A stretch of DNA of 64,000 bases, taken from an uncultured virus (IMG/VR IMGVR_UViG_3300049489_000201) (lineage: Duplodnaviria > Heunggongvirae > Uroviricota > Caudoviricetes). The notes below the pieces were generated by a model. The model was not told the DNA's origin and searched no databases. It saw only the letters and a program-made list of their open reading frames with translations. A program made the position numbers and the translations under genes. How positions within the stretch are numbered: position 1 is the stretch's first letter; every line of letters begins with the position of its first letter. The stretch is taken from the IMG/VR virus record IMGVR_UViG_3300049489_000201; one strand, written 5' to 3'. Positions 43,021 to 53,500 of the stretch are shown here, piece after piece.

Positions 43021-46000
43021 ATGGCCTTCGATATTACCCTATCGAGTCCCGGCACCGGCTTTGACATTAGCCTTTCGGCTACTGTTTCTAAAAGCGGTAC
43101 AGATTCGCTAACGCTGGCAGTATCAGAAACTACGTCGATCACCGTTCAGGTTTCTGTAACTGACACACTGTCAATCGCTATTGGTGAATCACAAACGTCA
43201 TCATCAACTCTTTCTAGAACAGACGCTCTGGCGGTGTCCATTGCTGAAACGTCTAGCCCGAACGTTAATGTCAACGTAACTGATGGCCTTGCCATTTCCG
43301 TGTCTGAGGCTAGCGCGCTAGCGCAGACTCTAGCCGTCGCGGCGAGCGACGGGCTTGCACTATCAGTATCAGACGTTTCTACTAATTCTTCTAATCTTTC
43401 TCGCACCGACTCACTGACCCTGAGCGTTGCAGACGCATCAAGTTCCACAAGCACTCTAGCCTCAAGCGATAGTCTAACCGTAGCAGTATCGGACACGTCG
43501 CTTGTTTCCATTTCTGTAGCGGCCTCCGATTCACTAACGATTTCTGTTGCTGATACAAGTTCAAGCACAAGCACGCTGTCGCGCACGGATTCAATTACAC
43601 TGGCAGTTGCTGAAACAACTACCACCTCGGCGGGGCTAACAGCAACAGACAGTCTTGCTCTGTCCGTAGCAGACACATCTTCTTCTAGTATCCAGGCGTC
43701 CAGAACAGATTCGCTGGCAATTTCAGTAGCCGAGACAGCGGTTGTTTCTGTAGCCATATCTTCATCCGACACTCTTAGCCTAGCGGTCGCCGCAACCGTC
43801 GCCACAACAGCCCAGTTGTCAACAACAGATAATGCTACGCTGTCCGTTTCTGAAACTGCGTCGTCGGCGGGAACAGCGTCCAGAACTGACACCCTCAGCG
43901 TATCTGTCGCTGAAACAACAGCGACGAGTGCGACATTCAGTTCGACAGACTCACTATCTATTGCTGTTGCAGATACGTCATCTAGCACCCTGCTAGTCAA
44001 TACATCTGATGCCCTATCTATTTCTATAGCAGATTCATCTAGCCCAGGCGTGCCTACCTCTGGCTCTGACGCGCTGACGGTTGCTGTTTCCGAAACCACG
44101 TCCATCGTCGTCAGCGTAGCCACGGCAGATTCTTTGTCGATCACGGTTTCTGATGTCTCTGCGACAACGGCGCAGTTTGCAAAAACAGATTCGCTATCAA
44201 TTGCTGTTTCTGAAACCACCGCTACGGCAGCGCAATTTGCTTCCTCGGATGCACTTGCGATTTCTGTTTCTGAAACCAGCACAAGTACCAGCACGCTATC
44301 TAGGACAGACTCCATAACTCTAGCGGTTTCTGACACGTCGGCTACCAGTAATCAGTTTGCTGGCACGGATGCGCTAAGCCTGTCTGTGGCAGAAACTTCT
44401 GTCGTAGCGGTAGGAATCGTAACGTCCGATGCTTTGAGTCTGACAGTTACCGATACCTCATCTAGCCAATCGACGCTTTCCGGCACAGACTCGCTTGCAC
44501 TGACCGTTTCTGAATCAGTAGCAACATCCAACCAATTCAACAGCACAGATGCTCTGTCAATTAGTGTCAATGAAACAGCATCCGTTGCCGGTTCAGTCGC
44601 AACAACAGATTCACTATCGATTTCTACGTCTGAGTCCGCAGTTCTCGCTGTGGCTGTTTCCTCTACGGATGCGCTGACGCTATCTGTTGCAGAATCTACG
44701 ACCATCGCTGTATCTCAGGCGGCTTCCGACGCCCTGACGCTATCAATTGCCGACGCATCGTCTAGCCAGTCGGCGCTGAGCGGTACAGACACAGTCAGCC
44801 TAACTGTCAATGAATCTGTAGCGACAGAAAACCGCTTCGCTACCACCGACGCCATTTCAATTTCCGTGGCTGATGTTTCCGCAGTAGCAGATATCAAGTC
44901 GGTGTCTGATTCACTGACACTGAATGTTGCCGAGTCAAACACGGTTGTTGTTAGCGTAGCGACATCAGATTCAATTTCACTAACGGTAAGCGATGCATCC
45001 GAAATCACAAGGACAATTCCGTCAACTGATGCGCTATCGCTGAATGTTGCTGATTCATCTAGCCTAGCCGTTGCTGTCGATGTTTCTGACGCCATTTCTC
45101 TAACCGTCACAGAAACAGCATCATCGGCTGGAACAGTAACCGACAGCGATAGTCTATCAATATCTGTTTCTGACACAGGAAGTCTGGGCGGGTCTAATAA
45201 TCCTTCTGCCGCAGATACGACCACTCTGGCTGTAAATGAAACTGCGAGTGTTTCTGGAACTACTGCCGCGTCTGACACACTAAACCTATCGATTTCCGAG
45301 TCTACAGATATCGTAGTATCGCTGGCATCATCAGACTCGATCAGCCTGACACTGGCTGAATCTGTAGCCACAACAAACCAGTTCTCATCAACTGACGCTC
45401 TGTCGCTGGCCGTTTCTGAATCTGTCACAACCACAGTCAGGTTTGATTCCGCAGACTCTATTACAGTTTCAGTTGCCGAATCTACTGCATCGACATCGAC
45501 CCTGGCTGCCATTGATACCCTGTCGTTAACGGTCACTGATTCGTCTTCGACACAAATCTCAACGAATATCACGGCCACCGACGCGCTTGCTGTATCTGTA
45601 TCCGAGACTGCACAAATAGCCGCTACTGTTTCTGCGAGCGATTCACTAACACTGTCGGTCACAGAAGCAACTGATTTCGGCGCTAATATAGACAAGTCCG
45701 CATCTGACACGTTGAGCCTTGCTGTTGCCGAAACCTCAGATATTGCTTCTGGTCCGGCCTCGACCGATTCGCTGTCAATTTCCGTTTCTGAAACTGCCTC
45801 TGTGGCGGCAACGGTATCGGCAAATGATGCTCTGAGCGTGGCGGCATCTGAAACTGCCAGCGTAGCAGCAACTACGGCTGCCAACGATTCACTGTCTGTT
45901 GCTATCACAGAAACTTCGGTAGTTTCTATCAATCAGACAACCACAGATAATCTTGCGGTTGCTGTTGCTGAAACCTCGCAGTTGACGGTAAATGTTTCTG

Positions 46001-46467
46001 TTTCTGACTCGCTGGCGCTAAATCTTTCTGAATCTACGATTAACCAGTCTACTGTCTATTCTTCTGATTCGCTATCTGTTTCGGTTTCGGAGACACCATC
46101 TGTCGCTGCTACCGTTTCAGCATCGGATGGGCTGACACTGACCGTAGCAGACGTGGCTACGCAGATCGGCATCGGAATCTTCGCCACAGACTCTATCGAA
46201 ATATCGGTTTCTGAGTCGTTCGTAATCTTCGCTACGAGCATCGTGGTGGCGGAAAAGAGTTTTGCTTATGCAAGCATTCCTGCTATAATCTTTGAAGGAA
46301 CAAGCATAACTTCCGAATCTCTTGGCGGGTCTGTCGATGTAGATCCAGACACGGCTTTTGAATCGGATAATGAAACAGATATACAAATAACTGGGGCTGA
46401 CTCAGAACAAGGGGTAACACTAGGTGACGGAGATATACCAGGACGAGTCAAAATTCGTCTACTTTGA
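43021..46467 (+). CDS. giant S/T/A/V/D-rich repeat protein (about 20-aa period), putative fibre
   Basis: recurring xxD(S/A)L(S/T)(L/I)(S/A)V(S/A)(E/D)(T/S). Confidence 0.8.
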   Translation: MAFDITLSSPGTGFDISLSATVSKSGTDSLTLAVSETTSITVQVSVTDTLSIAIGESQTSSSTLSRTDALAVSIAETSSPNVNVNVTDGLAISVSEASALAQTLAVAASDGLALSVSDVSTNSSNLSRTDSLTLSVADASSSTSTLASSDSLTVAVSDTSLVSISVAASDSLTISVADTSSSTSTLSRTDSITLAVAETTTTSAGLTATDSLALSVADTSSSSIQASRTDSLAISVAETAVVSVAISSSDTLSLAVAATVATTAQLSTTDNATLSVSETASSAGTASRTDTLSVSVAETTATSATFSSTDSLSIAVADTSSSTLLVNTSDALSISIADSSSPGVPTSGSDALTVAVSETTSIVVSVATADSLSITVSDVSATTAQFAKTDSLSIAVSETTATAAQFASSDALAISVSETSTSTSTLSRTDSITLAVSDTSATSNQFAGTDALSLSVAETSVVAVGIVTSDALSLTVTDTSSSQSTLSGTDSLALTVSESVATSNQFNSTDALSISVNETASVAGSVATTDSLSISTSESAVLAVAVSSTDALTLSVAESTTIAVSQAASDALTLSIADASSSQSALSGTDTVSLTVNESVATENRFATTDAISISVADVSAVADIKSVSDSLTLNVAESNTVVVSVATSDSISLTVSDASEITRTIPSTDALSLNVADSSSLAVAVDVSDAISLTVTETASSAGTVTDSDSLSISVSDTGSLGGSNNPSAADTTTLAVNETASVSGTTAASDTLNLSISESTDIVVSLASSDSISLTLAESVATTNQFSSTDALSLAVSESVTTTVRFDSADSITVSVAESTASTSTLAAIDTLSLTVTDSSSTQISTNITATDALAVSVSETAQIAATVSASDSLTLSVTEATDFGANIDKSASDTLSLAVAETSDIASGPASTDSLSISVSETASVAATVSANDALSVAASETASVAATTAANDSLSVAITETSVVSINQTTTDNLAVAVAETSQLTVNVSVSDSLALNLSESTINQSTVYSSDSLSVSVSETPSVAATVSASDGLTLTVADVATQIGIGIFATDSIEISVSESFVIFATSIVVAEKSFAYASIPAIIFEGTSITSESLGGSVDVDPDTAFESDNETDIQITGADSEQGVTLGDGDIPGRVKIRLL

Positions 46468-47359
46468 TATAGTTGGAGCGGCTGCCAGCGGGCTGCCGAC
46501 AGCCACCCTTAAAAGGACAGGTTCGGCAGATGCGTCCTTGACGGTTGCTGCATCAGCAACTATTCCTGCGGGAGTAACTGAGCGCTACGAAGCATATATC
46601 ACCCTTGCACAAACATCTGTTCCTGGTGAATTTACCGTAGTCTGGCAGGCCACAGTCGGCGGGGAGCCAGCATCAGTAACCCAGCATTACGAAGTTGTTG
46701 TTCCCTATGCGACACCAAACCAGATCGCTGCTCGCCTTGGATGGCAGTTCTACGACCCATCCGTCCCTGGGTATCAGGACCAGGAAAGAATTCAGGCCGC
46801 GGAATCAATTTGTAGAAACCTGATCAACCACTACACGGGGACCAATTTCTCTCCTGTATACAAGACGGTCATGGCGCAGGGCCAGGATGCGGACGTTCTT
46901 TCTCTATCCGAAAGAGTGGTTTCGATATCCAAGATCTATCAGAACAACGAACTGATCTACGACGCCACCATTGACCCTGCATACAATTACTTCAACCTCC
47001 AGTTTTCCGTCGCGGACTCTGGGTATGGCATTAGAATCTCTGAGCCCGATTGGGACGTGGCGGAAGAACAGCAGATTACTGTGATTTATGAGTATGGAAA
47101 GTTCAAGCAGGACTGGCGATACGATGTCGAGGGGACATATGGATACCCATCCACACCGACCCCTATCTTCGAAGCCATGATTATGCTTGTCAACGATTTG
47201 ATGTGCCAGGATTCTATTTATAGAAACAAGTATATCAATGGCGTAATGGTGAAGGACTGGAAGTTCAGTTACAACGCCCTTGCGTGGGTCGGAACGGGTA
47301 ATGCTATTGTGGACGACCTGCTTTCGATTTACAAGACGCAGCCAGTGTGGGTGATCTAA
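46424..47359 (+). CDS. head-to-tail adaptor
   Basis: PYATP, YGYPSTP..I.EA...L, GTGN..VD.LL; position. Confidence 0.7.
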   Translation: MTEIYQDESKFVYFDIVGAAASGLPTATLKRTGSADASLTVAASATIPAGVTERYEAYITLAQTSVPGEFTVVWQATVGGEPASVTQHYEVVVPYATPNQIAARLGWQFYDPSVPGYQDQERIQAAESICRNLINHYTGTNFSPVYKTVMAQGQDADVLSLSERVVSISKIYQNNELIYDATIDPAYNYFNLQFSVADSGYGIRISEPDWDVAEEQQITVIYEYGKFKQDWRYDVEGTYGYPSTPTPIFEAMIMLVNDLMCQDSIYRNKYINGVMVKDWKFSYNALAWVGTGNAIVDDLLSIYKTQPVWVI

Positions 47360-47784
47360 TGTACGGCTGCTTGACAGGCGCAACTTATACTATGACGGCA
47401 GACATACTAGAACCTACCGTTTCCCAGGATACTCTGACCGGCCAGATAGAAAAGGTATGGGAAGTTAGTCATAGCATAAGTTGCTACGCGGAATCAATCC
47501 TAACCGACGCTGTGTCCGATGCATCATCGGGCAAGAAGTTCGGCAAGGAATACACCGAATTTGAGTTTATCAACATCAAGGTCGGCAGTCCGCTTTCAAA
47601 GCGCACGAGGATACAAAATATCCGTGGTGCGAACGGTGTGGTCCTGTGGCCTCAACTTGAGCGTCCAGATAACAGCATGATCTTTGAGGTCCAGGGCTGC
47701 ATTCCGTTGATTAACCCATTTGGTCAGGTTACCCAGTATAAGGTGCTTGCCAAGAAGGTAGAAATCCAGAATGATCAAGCCTGA
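47359..47784 (+). CDS. head closure/stopper
   Basis: TGQIEKVW; position. Confidence 0.6.
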   Translation: MYGCLTGATYTMTADILEPTVSQDTLTGQIEKVWEVSHSISCYAESILTDAVSDASSGKKFGKEYTEFEFINIKVGSPLSKRTRIQNIRGANGVVLWPQLERPDNSMIFEVQGCIPLINPFGQVTQYKVLAKKVEIQNDQA

Positions 47785-48598
47785 CGTAGCGACACCGCGA
47801 ACTCCAACAACCAGTGGCAGAAATATCAAAATAGAAAGCAACCTCACTGCTGCTGTTTCTGGAACTCTGTATTATGAACTCATGGCTGCCTGGTACTCGA
47901 TTGGTGACGAGGCGGCTATGCGTAAATACAACGACAAGATTTTTAAGTCGGTTAGCAAGAATTTTGGCAGGTATCTAGACGCACGCGCGGCTGTCATGCC
48001 AAAGAAATACCACCACGTCTACGAATGGGGCGCAGTGGGAAATCCTGGCTCCAGACTATGGAGACTACAGAAGCGCAATACCGGCAACGACAGAATGATG
48101 ATTCGCTACGATTTCCTGACAAGTAAGCGGGTAGCACCAATTCATCCATCACTACAGCAGCCAGGACCATCCGGCAAATTCGTCAAAAAGTCCACTGTTT
48201 TCAAGAACAAGGCGTTCGTGATGGAAAATGGAATCCCCGTGACCATCAGGCCGAAGACAGCCAAGTGGCTCGCTATCCCCAGTACCTTTGATTTAAAGTC
48301 GAAGGCTACAATTACTTTTAGTCGAGGCCCAGTAAGAATTCAGAATCCAGGTGGATCTGGTGTGAGATTTAGTTTTGCACAGACATTCGGCGGATACTTT
48401 AGTTCCGGCCTTGCGGTCAAGCAACTAAACTCCGATGGAACTATTCAGACACCGGCCAGACTTACCCGCAGGGTCGGAGAAGACGTTCCTTCGGCAATCT
48501 ATAAGTTCTCGGCTCGTCGCGGGGTGGATAAGCAGATGATTGACCAACTAGCACAAATGAACGTACGTAAATACATGATGGGTGAATACAATGACTGA
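47771..48598 (+). CDS. neck/tail completion protein
   Basis: HHVYEW, FKNKAFVMENG; position. Confidence 0.6.
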   Translation: MIKPDVATPRTPTTSGRNIKIESNLTAAVSGTLYYELMAAWYSIGDEAAMRKYNDKIFKSVSKNFGRYLDARAAVMPKKYHHVYEWGAVGNPGSRLWRLQKRNTGNDRMMIRYDFLTSKRVAPIHPSLQQPGPSGKFVKKSTVFKNKAFVMENGIPVTIRPKTAKWLAIPSTFDLKSKATITFSRGPVRIQNPGGSGVRFSFAQTFGGYFSSGLAVKQLNSDGTIQTPARLTRRVGEDVPSAIYKFSARRGVDKQMIDQLAQMNVRKYMMGEYND

Positions 48599-49112
48599 TT
48601 ACAAGACCTCGGCACATAACGATGTGAACAAGTACCTATGGTCAAGGTTGACCTCGGGCGGGGTGCTGAACTCAGCAGACTACTTTGCCCCCCAATTCGC
48701 AATGACCCTGGTACCAATCGTTCCGATTCAGGAGGTGCCAGAACTAGCCAACCACATTGACGACAAGCCGTATATCGTCTATTCGGTTATGACGACCCCC
48801 AGCGATGTAGGGAGTTCTGATGAGTGGTGGTTTGAGCGCGATGAATTGACGTTTGCTGTGTATGCACCGAGCGTTGCCAAACTACAGGAAATCACCAACT
48901 GCATCAAGGCAGCGTTCCGCCGCCAGGATCAGACTGCCCGACTGATCGAGGCGACTCCTGGAATTTCAGGCTTGTTCTATTTCTACAGCGGAAGTATTGA
49001 CTGGGTTGAAATATCTGGCGAAGCGACGCAGGAGTCTGGCCGGGCGGTTGCAGAAATCCAAGTGTGCTATAACTACACACGCAAAGCAACGTCCAGCGGC
49101 GAATATGCCTAA
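48591..49112 (+). CDS. tail terminator-like protein
   Basis: PYIVYS; precedes major tail. Confidence 0.6.
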   Translation: MTDYKTSAHNDVNKYLWSRLTSGGVLNSADYFAPQFAMTLVPIVPIQEVPELANHIDDKPYIVYSVMTTPSDVGSSDEWWFERDELTFAVYAPSVAKLQEITNCIKAAFRRQDQTARLIEATPGISGLFYFYSGSIDWVEISGEATQESGRAVAEIQVCYNYTRKATSSGEYA

Positions 49113-49207
49113 ATTTGCATTTTAATCATTTCCGGCCTATTATCAGTCAGAACGCGGAAAATGCCTAGCCAGCACAAAAAACTGATAAGGTAGGTGAAAA
49201 TAAAAGT

Positions 49208-49828
49208 ATGCCAACATCACGTAACGTTATTGTGGGTGCCGCCGCCGTCTACTTGTCCACTGCGGTCAAGAAGGATGGTACAGCCGCAGCCGCATTCCCA
49301 ACCCTTACTGGTAGCGTATCAGCAGTTACAACTCTAAATGCTGACACTGCTAACTGGCGAGACGTAGGTTACACAACTGACGGTCTTGAGGTCATGTATG
49401 AACCTCAGTACGGAGAAGTTGTTGTTGACCAGGCGCTTGACGCGGTTCTTCTGTTCAAGCAGTCTATGAAGGTTTCACTTCGCACAACTATGTCGGAGTC
49501 AACCCTTGAGAACCTGTGGACAGCATTCAACCAGTCAACAGGTCTAGTACGTACAGACGTAGATAACGCGACTTTGGAAATCCAGGGTGGAGTTCTCGGT
49601 GAGTACCCAGCAGAGCGTTCGCTTGTTGCTGTCGGTGGCGCACCTCGTCCAACACTTGGTGCAACAAACTCGGAGCGTCTATACTACGCAGCCCGCGTTA
49701 TGAACGTAGAGTCTTCTACGCACGCACTCCGTCGCAACGAAGAGACAAAGGTTCCTGTGAGTTTCCGACTTCTGCCACTTGCTTCGACATCGAATGCATA
49801 TGGTCGTATCGTAGACCGCTCGTACTGA
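49208..49828 (+). CDS. major tail (tube) protein
   Basis: WRDVGYTTDGL, VDQ, E.TLENL; strong RBS. Confidence 0.85.
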   Translation: MPTSRNVIVGAAAVYLSTAVKKDGTAAAAFPTLTGSVSAVTTLNADTANWRDVGYTTDGLEVMYEPQYGEVVVDQALDAVLLFKQSMKVSLRTTMSESTLENLWTAFNQSTGLVRTDVDNATLEIQGGVLGEYPAERSLVAVGGAPRPTLGATNSERLYYAARVMNVESSTHALRRNEETKVPVSFRLLPLASTSNAYGRIVDRSY

Positions 49829-49850
49829 TCTGCTACATAGACAGGCACTT

Positions 49851-49880
49851 GCCCATCCTTTCGGGGGTGGGCTTTTGCTT
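49851..49880 (+). terminator. intrinsic terminator
   Basis: GCCCATCC-TTTCG-GGGTGGGC-TTTT. Confidence 0.75.
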
Positions 49881-49933
49881 TGCCTTTTACGTGTTGTTTT
49901 GCTACAATGCATTTATGACCAGCAGGAGGAATA

Positions 49934-50284
49934 ATGGCTAAAGCCACCAGCGTACAGACCGTAACGCTACAGAACGACGAACAACTTGTATTGCGCCCAC
50001 TGAACATTAAACTGTTTAGGCAGTTTCAGGAAAGATGGGTATCTATGATCGAAGAGGCTGGTGACCAGGACGTACTAGACCAGGTTGACGCCCTAATTGA
50101 TCTTTCTGTGATTTGTGTATCTCGTGAACTTGGTGAGCGGGCCACAGACAGAGAATGGCTAGAGGAAGTTCTAGACTTCGACACCATCTACATGATTTTG
50201 AAGGTTTGTGCTGACGTGGATTTAAAGCCAGCGAACCTAACAACGACCGCGCAGGCGGCAGTAAGTGGTCAGACTTCGATCTAA
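49934..50284 (+). CDS. tail assembly chaperone
   Basis: between major tail and tape measure; AGGAGG RBS. Confidence 0.75.
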   Translation: MAKATSVQTVTLQNDEQLVLRPLNIKLFRQFQERWVSMIEEAGDQDVLDQVDALIDLSVICVSRELGERATDREWLEEVLDFDTIYMILKVCADVDLKPANLTTTAQAAVSGQTSI

Positions 50285-50556
50285 TCGGTCACGAGGCGGA
50301 AGCCATGTTGACAGGTGCTTGGAAATCAATAAATGAACTGGAGGAATGCTTAACCCTTGACGAGTTGCTCGCAATCATCGGAGCCGGACGCGAAAAAGAA
50401 GAAAGACTTTATCGCATGATGGTAGTAGTAGCGGGTGGAGAATGGGATAGTTCCGATGAGGAAAACGACATCGCCGATGATATCAGAAACGGCGGAGTGT
50501 TGGACGAAAAGGGACTTGATCTGGATCTCGGAATTGGTTACGAAATACACGAATAA
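50221..50556 (+). CDS. tail assembly chaperone, -1 frameshift extension
   Basis: slippery T TTA AAG at 50221-50227; -1 frame open to 50556. Confidence 0.6.
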   Translation, partial: FKASEPNNDRAGGSKWSDFDLIGHEAEAMLTGAWKSINELEECLTLDELLAIIGAGREKEERLYRMMVVVAGGEWDSSDEENDIADDIRNGGVLDEKGLDLDLGIGYEIHE

Positions 50557-53500
50557 TGTCTGTAGTTAACGTAGAATTTCGCGCGAATGCAAATTTCTCA
50601 GACCTGGTAGCCCAGGTTAACGCAGCCAATGCATCAGTTCAGCGTCTAAACATGACGTTTGATTCCTTGCAGAAGAAGCGAATTGACGGCATTATGTCGG
50701 GGTTCAACAACGCCCTGACAGCGAGTGGACAATTTACTGCACAGCAGGTTCGCCTAACTTCGGAATCAGAAAAGTTCGGAAAGGCGCTTGACCGCCAGAA
50801 ACTACACCTACGTGAATACGCCCGCGAGTGGCAGAACTTCCACCGTACACAAGGTGGAATGATTCGTGACCTTGCACGCCAGCAGACGATGCTTGAGCGC
50901 AGCATGGTCGTCACTCGCGGGCGTGATTCATCTGGTCGTACGCTGGCAGACGTTATCACTCCAACAGGACTAGACGGAAGTCTGGGAACCCGTGCGATGA
51001 TGGCTCGCAAGGAACTGCAAATTCTTAATAAGGTTCTAAACGACGGAGCAACATCTCTAATTAACTGGGGTAAGAATACTCAGTGGGCTGGTCGTCAGTT
51101 GACCGTTGGTCTGACTGTGCCGCTAACGCTACTTGGTGGGGCGGCAGCAAAGATGGCTTACGACATGGACAAGGAATTGACCCGTGTCGTCAAGGTTTAC
51201 GGTAACAGCATCAACTCGATGATGACCGGGCCTCAAATCAATAAACTGCGTGAAGATCTAACTGGTCTGTCCAAGGAAATTGCAACCACGTACGGCCAGA
51301 CTGCTCAGGAAACTCTAGGTCTAGCCGCTGACCTGGCAGCGGCGGGTAAAACTGGCGAGGAACTGACCGCTAGCGTAACGCAGACAACTCGACTAGCAAC
51401 ACTTGGTGAGGTAGACCGCCAGGAGGCTATGAAAGCGACTCTGGCTCTACAGACTGCATTCAAGCAGAACTCTACTGAACTAGCCGACTCAATTAACTTT
51501 CTCAACGCTGTAGAAAACCAGACATCCACCAGCCTACAGGATCTTGTAGAAGCAATTCCTAAGGCCGGTCCAGTCGTCAAGGGTCTGGGCGGTGACGTAA
51601 AAGACTTGTCTCTAATGATGGTAGCAATGCGTGAGGGTGGTATTCCAGCCGCCGAAGCCGCTAACGCCATCAAGTCTGGTCTGGCATCGCTGATCAACCC
51701 AACAAAGCAGGCACGAGAAATGCTACAGGGATACAACATCGATATCGATAAGATCCAGAAGGCAGCAGACGGAAAACTAATTCCTATGGTCGTAGGATTT
51801 AAGAAAGCCCTAGACGGACTAGACAGTTTCACAAAGTCTCAGGTCATCGAGCAGATCTTCGGCAAGTTCCAGTTCGCCCGTATGACCGCCTTGTTTGAGA
51901 ACCTCGGCGAAGAGGGAAGTCAGACCATGCAGGTTATGGAACTTATGGGTGCCAGCACGGCAGAACTTGGCGCAATTGCTGACCGAGAACTTAAGACTCT
52001 ACAGCAGTCTATTTCTGGACAGTTTACTCGCGCGCTAGAAACCCTGAAGGTTAACCTTGCTGATATCGGCGGGGCGTTCCTAGAACTAGGAACCAAAGCC
52101 CTTAACGTAGTCAACTGGATAATTGAAAAGTTCAACGAAATGCCAGAAGTTGTCAAGAAGGGGATCGGCGGAATCGGTCTATTCACGGCGGTCATCGGAC
52201 CAATCATTATGACAACTGGTGTTCTCGGTAACCTGCTTGGATATCTGATCAAGGGAATCGCTTGGTTCAAGGCTTTTGGAAATTCAGGAGTGAGAACATT
52301 TGAATTGCTTGATGCAGAAATGATAGCGACCCGTAGTGCTGCTGATGTTATGGCAAAGTCGATGTACGACTCAACAACAGCAACAAAGATTCTGGATGCC
52401 GAAATTCAAAAACTGATTAAGTCACTATCAGATGTTGGTGTGGTGGCAACAACATCTGCCGGTAAAATGACTATGGCGCTGAACCAGGCGCAGGCATCTA
52501 CCGCCATTGCTGAAAAGGAAAAGCAGGCGCTTGTTGATCGATCTGCGGTCGGCGGTCCGATTGTAAATCCACAGTATAAGCGCGACAACCCTAAGGATCC
52601 GTTGGCATTCCGTGGATCAGCATTTAGCCACCTTTACGCTAGTGCAACGATGTGGAAGTCCGGAGAACTACCAATTCACCCAGACAACCTATATTCAACT
52701 GGAAGTATGGTTGGCGACCCTGGTGGAGCCGCTAATGAATTCCAAAAGTCAATGAAGGACAAGTTCCGTGCTGACTCTATTGTTATGCTTTCTGATTCTA
52801 TGAAGGATCTTGATGCACAGCGCAAGGCAATGTTGGGTGAAATGGTTAAGCACAACGCCGAGGCTGCTAAGTTAATGGGAGCACTGACAGCGGAGGATCG
52901 CGCTCGACTACTTCCAACCATGGAAACATTCAAGTCGGTCAACATCGCTCACGCAGCCTTCTGGAAGACAATTGGTGATTCTGCTCAGGCCGGAACGGCA
53001 GTCGCTAGGACCGCAGCCGTCCAGATCAAGGAAGGTTTTGCTCGTGGACTAACAGCCGAAGAGGCTTACGGAAATGCATTCTCCACAATGCTTGCCGATA
53101 CATCATCTGGACTTACTACAAACATTCAGGCCATGGAAGCACAGTTTGATAAGATCGTGGCTAGCGGTCAGTCAACTGGTGCCAAGATGCGTGCAGCAGT
53201 TCTGGAACTTGTAGCAAAGCAAGAGGCCGCAGGAAAGGTCATGCTTCGCAACGCCGGTCTTGCAACTGGACTAACTATTCCTACGGGGGTAAGCCCAAGC
53301 CCAGCCGGAAATGTTGGCGGCGCGGTTGGCGTTCGCTCAAGTGACGGTGCTCTAACTCAGGCGCTATACAACAGAAACGTAGCCGAGGCGACCGAAAGGC
53401 TAGAGCGCGCGGCAAAGTCTATGGAGACTACCGGAAAGGTCATGACCGCAGCAGCGGTTGCCGAAGAAAAGGCTGGTGTTACAGAAAACGTAGCCGCAGA

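Noticed and set aside
43146..45932. Long minus-strand ORFs (396, 117, 405 aa)
   Set aside because: Antisense shadows of the low-complexity repeat gene.
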